In this document: one piece after another, positions 1-8,297 of the stretch
Numbering within the stretch: the first letter of the stretch is position 1
Layout: each line of letters starts with the position of its first letter
DNA from: Anaerolineae bacterium
GTDB taxonomy: Bacteria > Desulfobacterota > Desulfobacteria > Desulfobacterales > ETH-SRB1
NCBI GenBank assembly: GCA_035529315.1
Contig: DATKWZ010000016.1
Coordinates: 9,650-73,649 of the forward strand
DNA length: 64,000 bases
Direction of reading: 5' to 3'
Position numbers and translations under genes: made by a program
The notes under the pieces: generated by a model
Database searches by the model: none
What the model was told of the DNA's origin: nothing
Seen by the model: the letters and a program-made list of their open reading frames with translations, nothing else

Positions 1-637
1 ACGCAACCTGCCTGCCCATTGCATCAACGATCAGTACCGGTTCAACCGTATTGAACTGCTCGATTGGGCAATGGCGAAACATCTGCCACTGGCTCCCGAT
101 ATCCTGGGAAAAGCGCACCCGGACGACCCGTGCGAATTTCCGGGAATAGCGGAAGCGCTGCGGACGGGCGGGGTCTTCTACCATGTTCCCGGCGGGGACA
201 AGGCAGCGGTATTGGCAAAAGTGGTCCGGATCATGTCGCTGCCCGCTGAAGTGGACCGGGATTTTCTACTGGAAGTGCTCCTGGCACGCGAGTCGCTGTG
301 TTCCACCGGAATCGGCGACGGGGTGGCCATCCCGCACGTCCGCAATCCGATCGTCATGCATGTTCCCCGACCGATCATGTCGCTGAGCTTCCTGGAACAG
401 CGGGTTGAATTCGACGCCCTCGACGGCCGGCCCGTACATACCCTTTTTACCATTGTCAGTTCCACAATTCACGGCCATCTGCAGTTGCTGTCCCGGCTCT
501 CCTTTGCCATGCGTCAGCCCGATTTCAAGGCGGCGATCGCCCGCAAGGCACCGCGTGAGGAACTTTTGCAACAAGCCGAAGCCATCGACAGAACGGTTGC
601 CGTCCAAAATTTGATGGATAGAGGAAACCTGTCATGA
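1..637 (+). CDS. HTH (excisionase/MerR-like) + PTS EIIA type-2 (PtsN-like) regulatory protein, 5'-partial
   Basis: The frame is open from the window edge. RNLPAHCINDQYRFNRIELLDWA looks like the tail of an HTH, so the ORF-track Met at 71 is internal. It continues into an EIIA-2 fold with the phospho-His signature GIGDGVAIPHVRNP. The stop overlaps the next start (ATGA at 634-637). Confidence 0.75.
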   Translation, partial: RNLPAHCINDQYRFNRIELLDWAMAKHLPLAPDILGKAHPDDPCEFPGIAEALRTGGVFYHVPGGDKAAVLAKVVRIMSLPAEVDRDFLLEVLLARESLCSTGIGDGVAIPHVRNPIVMHVPRPIMSLSFLEQRVEFDALDGRPVHTLFTIVSSTIHGHLQLLSRLSFAMRQPDFKAAIARKAPREELLQQAEAIDRTVAVQNLMDRGNLS

Positions 638-2589
638 CGCCCCTGCTGTTATCTTTTTTTATTTTGCTCGTCGGGGCGATAGCCGCGGCTGTTCTGCGCT
701 GCACCCGGACGCAGTGGATCGGGCCCTGGAGCGCAATAGCCGGTGCGGCTATTGCGGCTTTCGCCGGACTGCGCAGCCTGATCGCCGGAACGACGGTTGA
801 CATCGCGGCTCCTTGGCAGGTGCCAATGGGATCGCTGCACGTCGGCCTCGATCCCCTGTCGGCGCTTTTCGTGTCCTTAATTGCAGTAATCGGCGTGCTG
901 GCGGCAGCTTATGGCCGCGGTTATCTGGCAGATGATCCCGGCAATGGAAAGGTCGCGATGAGCTGGTGCTGGTACAATCTGCTCATAGCCGCCATGCTGC
1001 TGGTGGTGGTGGCCCGGGACGGCTTTCTGTTTCTGCTGGCCTGGGAGGCCATGTCCCTGTCCTCATTTTTTCTGGTCATGTTCGACCATGAAAAGGACGA
1101 GGTGATGCGGGCCGGCTGGACATATCTGGTGGCCGCCCATCTGGGAACGGCATTTTTACTGATCATGTTTCTGTTGCTGGGCGCCGACGACAGCCTGGAT
1201 TTTGCCGCCTTGTCTGCGTCGGGTTTGTTGGCATCGATAGTCTTTGCGATGGCCTTGATCGGTTTCGGAACCAAGGCCGGCTTCGTGCCCCTGCACTTCT
1301 GGCTACCCGAGGCACATCCGGCGGCTCCTTCGCACGTTTCGGCCCTGATGAGCGGCGTCATGATCAAAACCGGCATCTACGGTCTGCTGCGGGTAATGAC
1401 GTTTCTCAAGGCACCCGACGCCTGGTGGGGCTGGGCGCTGATCGTGATCGGAGCGGTGTCCGGTGTTGCCGGCATTCTTTTTGCGCTGGCGCAGCATGAC
1501 TTAAAACGGCTGCTGGCCTATTCCAGTGTCGAACATATGGGAATTATCACAGTGGGCCTGGGGATCGGCATCCTGGGGGACGTTTCCGGCAACCCTGTCG
1601 TGGCGGCGATGGGCTTTTGCGGCGCACTGCTGCATGTGATCAATCACGGCATTTTCAAAAGTCTGCTCTTTCTGGGTGCCGGGTCTGTCCTGCACGCCAC
1701 CGGGACCCGGGCGATTGATCGCCTGGGCGGTCTGATCAAACCCATGCCGGTGACCGGCGCCGCCTTTTTGGTGGGGGCAGCGGCGATTTGCGCCCTGCCA
1801 CCGCTTAGCGGGTTTGTCAGCGAGTTCCTCATTTATTCCGCCGCTTTCAGCAGCGTGGCCGCAGGTACCCAGGTCTGGGGCGGAATCGTTGTCATCGGCA
1901 GTTTGGCCCTTATCGGCGGTCTGGCGGCAGCCTGTTTCACCAAGGCATTAGGAGCAGTCTTTCTGGGAGAACCACGCACCAGCGACGCAGTCGGGGTCCA
2001 TGAAGCGCCGCTGTCCATGTGCTGGCCTATGGTTACGCTGGCGGCCCTGTGCGTCTTCATCGGCCTGACCGCAGCGGAAATGGTCCAGCTGGTGATGCCG
2101 GCGGTGGCCCAACTAACGCCTGCTGCGGTAAATACCGTCCTCCTGAAAAGGCTGCAGGACCTGATGACTCCAATCAGCATAGCAGCACTGGTTCTGATAG
2201 GTTTGACGGCGCTGCTTGCCGGACTGCGCTCGATGCTGCTGCGACGCCGCATGGTCCGCACAGCTGTTACCTGGGACTGCGGCTATGCGGCCCCGACACC
2301 ACGCATGCAATATACCGCCTCTTCATATGCCCAGCCCCTGATCGGAATGTTCCAGACGGTTTTGCGAACGCGCTGCGACCTTAAGAAGCCGCAGGGCCTC
2401 TTCCCCGCCGCTGCCGGCCTGCACAACCAAACACCGGATTTATTTGTCCAGAGGGTTTACGCGCCGGCAATCCGGACAATCGTCAGGCTGGCCGACATTT
2501 TTCGCCGGATCCAGCAGGGACAAACTCACCTGTATATTCTGTATATCCTTGTGACCGTCCTGCTGCTGCTGATCTGGAACCTGTGGTGA
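634..2589 (+). CDS. Hydrogenase-4 component B-like / NuoL-type antiporter-like membrane subunit
   Basis: 651-aa polytopic protein with NuoL/HyfB family motifs WLPEAHPAAPSHVSALMSGVMIKTG and LLAYSSVEHMG. First gene of a tightly packed operon. Confidence 0.85.
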   Translation: MTPLLLSFFILLVGAIAAAVLRCTRTQWIGPWSAIAGAAIAAFAGLRSLIAGTTVDIAAPWQVPMGSLHVGLDPLSALFVSLIAVIGVLAAAYGRGYLADDPGNGKVAMSWCWYNLLIAAMLLVVVARDGFLFLLAWEAMSLSSFFLVMFDHEKDEVMRAGWTYLVAAHLGTAFLLIMFLLLGADDSLDFAALSASGLLASIVFAMALIGFGTKAGFVPLHFWLPEAHPAAPSHVSALMSGVMIKTGIYGLLRVMTFLKAPDAWWGWALIVIGAVSGVAGILFALAQHDLKRLLAYSSVEHMGIITVGLGIGILGDVSGNPVVAAMGFCGALLHVINHGIFKSLLFLGAGSVLHATGTRAIDRLGGLIKPMPVTGAAFLVGAAAICALPPLSGFVSEFLIYSAAFSSVAAGTQVWGGIVVIGSLALIGGLAAACFTKALGAVFLGEPRTSDAVGVHEAPLSMCWPMVTLAALCVFIGLTAAEMVQLVMPAVAQLTPAAVNTVLLKRLQDLMTPISIAALVLIGLTALLAGLRSMLLRRRMVRTAVTWDCGYAAPTPRMQYTASSYAQPLIGMFQTVLRTRCDLKKPQGLFPAAAGLHNQTPDLFVQRVYAPAIRTIVRLADIFRRIQQGQTHLYILYILVTVLLLLIWNLW

Positions 2590-2599
2590 GGACCGAGCC

Positions 2600-3517
2600 A
2601 TGACACATGCCTATGCCCTATTTCATATTTTGCTGGCGTTAACGGCAAGCCCTCTGCTGCTGGCCCTGATCAATCGGGTCAAGGCCTTCTTCGGAGGTCG
2701 AAGCGGCCCGCCGCTGCTGCAGTCCTATTATGACCTGTTCAAGCTGCTTCGCAAGGGAGCGGTATACAGCCGTACCACATCGTGGGTTTTCCGCGCCGGT
2801 CCCGTGGTGGGACTGGCGGCCGCGTTAATAGCACTGCTGCTGGTACCCCTGGGTGATATTCCAGCCCTGGTGGCTTTTCCGGGCGATCTGCTGCTTATGG
2901 CATACACCTTGGGGTTGATGCGTTTTTTTACCGTTATAGCCGCCCTGGATACCGGCTCAGCCTTTGAAGGGATGGGGGCCAGTCGGGAAGTACAGTTTTC
3001 AGCTCTGACGGAAGTGGCGCTGCTGACTGGATTGGCCGCCATCTCCGCTAAAGTTCATGCCGTTTCACTGAGTACACTCAGCAGCCAGGTCTGGGCCGGA
3101 GTGCCGGCCTGGGAAGGCGGTGCCACCGTGCTGCTGGCATCGGGCGCACTGTTGGTGGTTTTGCTGGCTGAAAATGCCCGCATTCCCTTTGATGACCCCA
3201 ATACCCATCTGGAACTGACGATGATCCACGAGGTCATGATACTGGATAACGGCGGTGTGGACCTGGCGCTGATTGAGTATGCATCCGCTATCAAGTTCTG
3301 GGTGCTAAGCGCCCTCCTGGTTTCCATTGCACTGCCTCTGCGGACGACGGTTCCCGTCTTGAATCTGGCACTCGGTCTGGGAGCAATGCTGATTCTTGGG
3401 GTGGTTGTTGGGTGCATCGAATCGATGATGGCCCGCCTGCGACTGGTCCGCGTGCCCCAGTTGATCGTAGCCGCCGGCGTACTTTCCCTTTTGGCCGTCA
3501 TCATGGCGGTACGGTGA
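2600..3517 (+). CDS. HyfC/HycD/NuoH-like membrane subunit
   Basis: 305-aa hydrophobic protein with an acidic loop (AENARIPFDDPNTHLELTMIHE) typical of NuoH/HycD-type subunits. It sits in the expected position in a hyf-like gene order. Confidence 0.8.
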   Translation: MTHAYALFHILLALTASPLLLALINRVKAFFGGRSGPPLLQSYYDLFKLLRKGAVYSRTTSWVFRAGPVVGLAAALIALLLVPLGDIPALVAFPGDLLLMAYTLGLMRFFTVIAALDTGSAFEGMGASREVQFSALTEVALLTGLAAISAKVHAVSLSTLSSQVWAGVPAWEGGATVLLASGALLVVLLAENARIPFDDPNTHLELTMIHEVMILDNGGVDLALIEYASAIKFWVLSALLVSIALPLRTTVPVLNLALGLGAMLILGVVVGCIESMMARLRLVRVPQLIVAAGVLSLLAVIMAVR

Positions 3518-3519
3518 AT

Positions 3520-4167
3520 ATGATGCAAGCTTTAGATGAATTTCTGGTAATTGTGATGATCCTGTTGAATCTCAGGCTGATGGGCGTCAGCCGGCTCGGT
3601 GCCTGCGTGCAGACGGTGGCTATCCAGGCGCTGGTGATCGGCGCCTTGGCGCTCCTGTCGCAAACAGCACCAAGTTTCTGGACGGTGGCCCTTGTGACGT
3701 CAGCCACAGCCATTAAAGCCGGCGTCCTTCCCGCCATGGTCCGCAGGGCCATGCGCGAGACCGGCGTGGTGCGGGAAATCGATCCCTTGGTCGGCTACAC
3801 CCTTTCAGTTCTGATCGGTACCGGCATGTTCGTGCTCAGTCTCCTGGCGACACGGTCGCTGGAGGTGCCATTTGCCGCTGGGGGGGCGCATTGGCTGGTT
3901 TCGGGTACGTTGTTCACGATGCTGACCGGGCTGTTTCTCATCGTAACCCGCCGCAAGGCCATCAACCAGGTATTGGGCTTTGTCACTATGGAAAACGGCA
4001 TCTACCTGTTCGGCGTCGCCTTTGCGATACACGAGCCGTGGCTCGTCCAAGCCGGAGTGCTGCTGGACGTTTTTGCGGCCGTTTTCATCATGGGCATCAT
4101 GATTTGTCATATCAACCGGGAATTTGATCATATTGATACGAACCGGTTATCAAATTTGAAGGATTGA
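3520..4167 (+). CDS. Hydrogenase-4 component E-like (NuoK-like) membrane subunit
   Basis: I place the start at ATG 3520, 3 nt after the upstream stop. The ORF-track start at 3412 would overlap the previous gene. The protein is a small hydrophobic one with RRKAINQVLGFVTMENGIYLFG, which is HyfE-like. Confidence 0.8.
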   Translation: MMQALDEFLVIVMILLNLRLMGVSRLGACVQTVAIQALVIGALALLSQTAPSFWTVALVTSATAIKAGVLPAMVRRAMRETGVVREIDPLVGYTLSVLIGTGMFVLSLLATRSLEVPFAAGGAHWLVSGTLFTMLTGLFLIVTRRKAINQVLGFVTMENGIYLFGVAFAIHEPWLVQAGVLLDVFAAVFIMGIMICHINREFDHIDTNRLSNLKD

Positions 4168-4171
4168 AGTC

Positions 4172-5656
4172 ATGATCTGGGCATTAATTCTGATTCCGGC
4201 AGCCTGCGGCATATTGGCCTTCCCCCTGGCTTCCGACCGACTGAGCCGCACCCTGCTGGTCACGGCCGCACTGGCCCATTTCGCCCTTGTGCTGGCGGCA
4301 TGGCAAATGCCGCTGCCGTTTAACGCAGCAACCGGCTGGCTGACGGTAGACGCGGCATCTCTTTTATTTCTGAGCATCTGCAGCGGACTGTTTCTGGCAG
4401 CCTCCCTGTATGCGATCGACTACCTCGAGCGCTCGCCAAAGGCCCCGATTCGCGATTACCTGGAAGGCTTTCAATTCGGCAATCGCCCCGAACAGATTTT
4501 TATCGGCTGCCTGCTGCTGTTTCTGGCCGCCATGACCACGGTAATCGTTTCCAGCCACATGGGTATCCTCTGGGTGGCGGTGGAAGCCACTACGCTTGCC
4601 AGTGCACCGTTGATCTATTATCACCGGCACCATCGCAGCCTGGAAGCGGCCTGGAAATATCTGCTGATCTGTTCGGTAGGAATCGCGCTGGCACTGCTCG
4701 GCAATTTCTTTCTGGCCGTCGCAACCACCGCCAGACCCGGTCTGGAGCACAGTTTGCTGCTGCCGGAGCTCGTCAAAAACGCCGCCGGTTTTTCACCAAC
4801 CTGGCTCAAGGCCGCATTTATGCTGATGCTGGTGGGCTACGGCACCAAAATGGGCCTGGCCCCAATGCATACCTGGCTACCGGATGCCCACAGCGAATCG
4901 CCATCCTTAGTGTCGGCACTGTTGTCTGGGGCTCTTCTCAACTGCGCTTTTCTGGCGATTCTGCGCATGCATACCGTGCTGGTCGCCGCTGGCCTGGGCG
5001 ATTTCGGACGCGACATGTTGGTTCTCTTCGGCCTGTTTTCCATGGTATGGGCGGCTATACTACTGATTTCCCTGACCGATTATAAACGCATGCTGGCCTA
5101 TTCCAGTGTCGAACATATGGGAATTCTCGCGGTGGGCATCGGTTTGGGCGGAGCAGCCTCCGCCGGAGCCATGCTGCATGTGCTGAACCATTCTTTGACG
5201 AAAGCCGCGCTATTTTTTGTGGCCGGCAATATCCTGGCGGTTTACCGGAGCAAGAATGTCGGAGATGCCCGTGGGCTGCTCGGCATCCTGCCGGTCAGCG
5301 GCGTGCTGTGGCTGGCTGGAATTATAGCCATTACCGGATCGCCTCCCTTTGGATTGTTCACCAGCGAGCTGATGATCCTCAAAGGCGCGCTCGCCGGGAG
5401 CCGCTGGGCCGTAGCCGGCTGTTATCTGACAGCTTTATTTGTAGCCTTTGCCGCCATGGCATGGGCCGGAATGCGGATGGCCTATGGCCTCCCGGATACC
5501 CCACTCATTCATTCGAGGCCGGCTGCCGAATCCATGCTATCCGTGGCTGTTCCGGCGACACTGCTGGCTGTGGTTTTCGTACTGGGGTTGTGGGTGCCCC
5601 CGCCGTTGTGGAAGTTGATCAAGGCCTCTGCCGCGACCCTGGGAGGAGGTTTCTGA
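4172..5656 (+). CDS. Hydrogenase-4 component F-like / NuoN(M)-type antiporter-like subunit
   Basis: 494-aa polytopic protein with WLPDAHSESPSLVSALLSG and MLAYSSVEHMGI motifs. The stop overlaps the next start (ATGA at 5654-5658). Confidence 0.85.
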   Translation: MIWALILIPAACGILAFPLASDRLSRTLLVTAALAHFALVLAAWQMPLPFNAATGWLTVDAASLLFLSICSGLFLAASLYAIDYLERSPKAPIRDYLEGFQFGNRPEQIFIGCLLLFLAAMTTVIVSSHMGILWVAVEATTLASAPLIYYHRHHRSLEAAWKYLLICSVGIALALLGNFFLAVATTARPGLEHSLLLPELVKNAAGFSPTWLKAAFMLMLVGYGTKMGLAPMHTWLPDAHSESPSLVSALLSGALLNCAFLAILRMHTVLVAAGLGDFGRDMLVLFGLFSMVWAAILLISLTDYKRMLAYSSVEHMGILAVGIGLGGAASAGAMLHVLNHSLTKAALFFVAGNILAVYRSKNVGDARGLLGILPVSGVLWLAGIIAITGSPPFGLFTSELMILKGALAGSRWAVAGCYLTALFVAFAAMAWAGMRMAYGLPDTPLIHSRPAAESMLSVAVPATLLAVVFVLGLWVPPPLWKLIKASAATLGGGF

Positions 5657-7149
5657 TGTCCATGAACATGCCCTTTCTGTATAATGGTGAAACCGTCTTG
5701 ACTGCGGCAGTGCCGCTCATCGGCATTGATCGGTTTCGCTGTGAAGTGATCGAGCAAGTTGCCGGAGGCGGCCGCCTTTCGGCGCTCTTCGCAGTACAGC
5801 ATAACGGTCGTTTCAGGCTCTATGCGGTACTGTGCCTGCCGGCGCGCGAACAGGCAGGAATTGTAGCCACCAAAATCGATGCTATATACCCGTCACTGAC
5901 GCCGGACTGCCCATCGGCCCACTGGTTCGAGCGAGAAATCTTCGAGCAGTGGGGGATTCGGCCGCAAGGTCACCCCTGGCTCAAGCCGATCCGCTTCCAG
6001 CCGTCGGCCCGCGGCGCCGGTACGCCGGCGGTGGGCATTACCGATTTTTTCACCATGGCCGGCGAGGAGGTCCACGAGGTTGCGGTTGGGCCGGTACACG
6101 CGGGCATCATCGAACCGGGGCATTTTCGTTTTCAGTGCCACGGTGAAACCGTTTATCACCTGGAAATTTCACTCGGCTACCAGCACCGCGGGATCGAACG
6201 AGCCCTCGTCGGCGGACCCGGCCGGCGCACTATGCATTACATGGAGACCCTTGCCGGCGACAGCACAGTGGGCCATGCCGCAGCTTACTGCGCTATAATG
6301 GAGGCCCTCTGTGCAACAACGGTGCCGCTCGGCGCCGAGGCGATCCGAGCCATTGCCGCCGAATTAGAACGGATGGCTAACCATATCGGGGATATAGGAG
6401 CGATGGCCGGCGATGTTGGTTTCCTGCCCACGCTGAATTATTGCGGTCGAATCCGGGGAGATGTTCTGAATATGACCGCGCTGATCTGCGGCAATCGTTT
6501 CGGCCGGGGGCTGCTGACACCGGGCGGCGTCCGTTTCGGCCTCAGCGCGGACCGTCGCCGCCTTTTGGCAGAACGCCTCGATGCCGTGGAAAAAGATCTC
6601 AACTCTGCCGTGCCGCTGATGTTCAGCGCGCCTTCGGTTTTGTCGCGCATGGAAGGAACAGGGACGCTGACGGCGGATCTGGCACGGCAAATCGGGCTGG
6701 TGGGCGTGGCAGCCCGGGCGTGCGGGCTGCCCTGTGACGCTCGGACCCAGTTGCCCTATTCCCTTTACAGGTTCGACAGCCTGCCTACCGCCACGTACCA
6801 TACGGGTGACTGTTTTGCCAGAGCCTACATCCGCTGGCTGGAACTGAAGCATTCGATCGCGTTTGTCCGGCGGCAACTTGTAGCCCCAGCCGCTGAAAAC
6901 GGCCTGGTTGAGGCGTGCAACTCGCCGGGCCCCGACCGGATGGCTGTCGCGTTTAGCGAAGGTTGGCGGGGGGAAATCTGCCATGTGGCAGCCACGGACG
7001 CCCAGGGGCGTTTCGAGTTCTATAAAGTCATCGACCCCTCATTTCACAACTGGTTCGGCCTGGCCTATGCGCTGCGCGGGCAGGAAATTTCGGATTTTCC
7101 ACTATGCAACAAGAGCTTTAACCTGTCCTATTGCGGACACGATTTATAA
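5656..7149 (+). CDS. Group-4 [NiFe]-hydrogenase large-subunit homolog (NuoC+NuoD / HycE-HyfG-like) without NiFe Cys ligands
   Basis: Start at ATG 5656 (MSMNMPFLYNG); the ORF-track start at 5308 lies inside the upstream gene. GPVHAGIIEPGHFRF and LGYQHRGIE are HycE/HyfG hallmarks. There is no CxxC anywhere: LAGDSTVGH stands where RxCGxCxxxH is expected. Confidence 0.85.
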   Translation: MSMNMPFLYNGETVLTAAVPLIGIDRFRCEVIEQVAGGGRLSALFAVQHNGRFRLYAVLCLPAREQAGIVATKIDAIYPSLTPDCPSAHWFEREIFEQWGIRPQGHPWLKPIRFQPSARGAGTPAVGITDFFTMAGEEVHEVAVGPVHAGIIEPGHFRFQCHGETVYHLEISLGYQHRGIERALVGGPGRRTMHYMETLAGDSTVGHAAAYCAIMEALCATTVPLGAEAIRAIAAELERMANHIGDIGAMAGDVGFLPTLNYCGRIRGDVLNMTALICGNRFGRGLLTPGGVRFGLSADRRRLLAERLDAVEKDLNSAVPLMFSAPSVLSRMEGTGTLTADLARQIGLVGVAARACGLPCDARTQLPYSLYRFDSLPTATYHTGDCFARAYIRWLELKHSIAFVRRQLVAPAAENGLVEACNSPGPDRMAVAFSEGWRGEICHVAATDAQGRFEFYKVIDPSFHNWFGLAYALRGQEISDFPLCNKSFNLSYCGHDL

Positions 7150-7162
7150 AGAAGGCAGAACT

Positions 7163-7942
7163 ATGTTCCATATTTTAAAAGCCAGATGGCAACAGAAACA
7201 CCGGACGATGCGGTATCCCGCCGGCTCCTTGCCGGAAATGCCGGACCGGTTTGCCGGGCGACCGGTTTTCTGCGGTGAATGCCTAAAAGGATGCCGTTCC
7301 TGCCGGGATGCCTGCCCGGTCGAAGCCGTCCGGCTCGAAGGCGAGCGCTTAACGCTGGACCTGGGGCGCTGCATCTTCTGCCGAGCCTGCGCAGAGGCCT
7401 GCTCCTGCGGAGCGCTTTCGTTCAGCCCAAACCCTCAGTTGGCGGCCGCACAACGGGAGGACCTGATCCTTTCAGCGGATTCACAAGCCCGTATCGAGGC
7501 CATGTCCGAACGAGCCCGCAAATTTTTTGGCCGTTCCTTAAAGCTCAGGCAGGTTTCGGCCGGTGGGTGCAATGCCTGTGAAGCGGATATCAACGTGCTG
7601 GGAACACCGGCCTGGGACATGGGCCGTTTCGGTATCCAGTTTGTTGCCTCGCCTCGGCACGCGGACGGCCTGCTGATAACCGGCCCTGTGACGGACAACA
7701 TGCGTCTGGCCCTCGAAAAAACCTATGCGGCCGTGCCTGAGCCCCGTATCGTCATCGCCTGCGGTGCCTGCGCAATCAGTGGCGGAATATATGCCGGCCA
7801 TCCCGAAGCGTCCGACGGCGCAGCTTCGGTGCTGCCCGTCGATCTTTATATCCCCGGCTGCCCGCCGCATCCGCTGACAACCCTCGATGCACTGCTGCGT
7901 TTTATCGGCCGACCGGTACCCTGGTATCCAGACAGTTTATGA
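7163..7942 (+). CDS. Fused 2x[4Fe-4S] ferredoxin (HycF/NuoI-like) + hydrogenase small subunit (HycG/NuoB-like)
   Basis: Start at ATG 7163 (MFHILKARW). The N-terminal half carries CGECLKGCRSCRDACP and CIFCRACAEACSC. The C-terminal half carries the NuoB/HycG cluster motifs GGCNACE, GACAISGG and PGCPP. Confidence 0.8.
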   Translation: MFHILKARWQQKHRTMRYPAGSLPEMPDRFAGRPVFCGECLKGCRSCRDACPVEAVRLEGERLTLDLGRCIFCRACAEACSCGALSFSPNPQLAAAQREDLILSADSQARIEAMSERARKFFGRSLKLRQVSAGGCNACEADINVLGTPAWDMGRFGIQFVASPRHADGLLITGPVTDNMRLALEKTYAAVPEPRIVIACGACAISGGIYAGHPEASDGAASVLPVDLYIPGCPPHPLTTLDALLRFIGRPVPWYPDSL

Positions 7943-8297
7943 TGCGACACGTTTTGGCTAAGCCGGTTCATGAAGATCAAAATGCTACCTCTGAAATAAA
8001 GAATAAAGAGCACAGTTAAATGGAAAGTTTAATGGAATATGCCCGGCATAATGCCTCCGCTCTATATTCCTCCCAATTTCGATTCCTCCTGATTATGTTA
8101 AACATAATTTAAATAACATAAAAATATAAAAAACGATAATGTTTTTAGCCCTTTGAAAAAAATCCTGACAGGATAACAGGCCTGCCCTGGTGCAACCAGC
8201 AATAACACCGGACGCAAAGATTAAGGGGTTTTTTGTTTTAAAGAATAAATGAATAAAAAAGTTGACAAACTGTAGATTTAAGGTTGGAATAAATTAT

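Noticed and set aside
5308-5655. Long N-terminal extensions in the ORF track (5308 for the large subunit, 6908 for the fused small subunit, 3412 for the HyfE-like gene, 52353 for the second mvhD, 53426 for metF)
   Set aside because: Each extension overlaps the preceding, well-supported gene in another frame and translates to Arg/Pro-rich nonsense. Internal ATGs sit at or next to the upstream stop codons (coupled starts).
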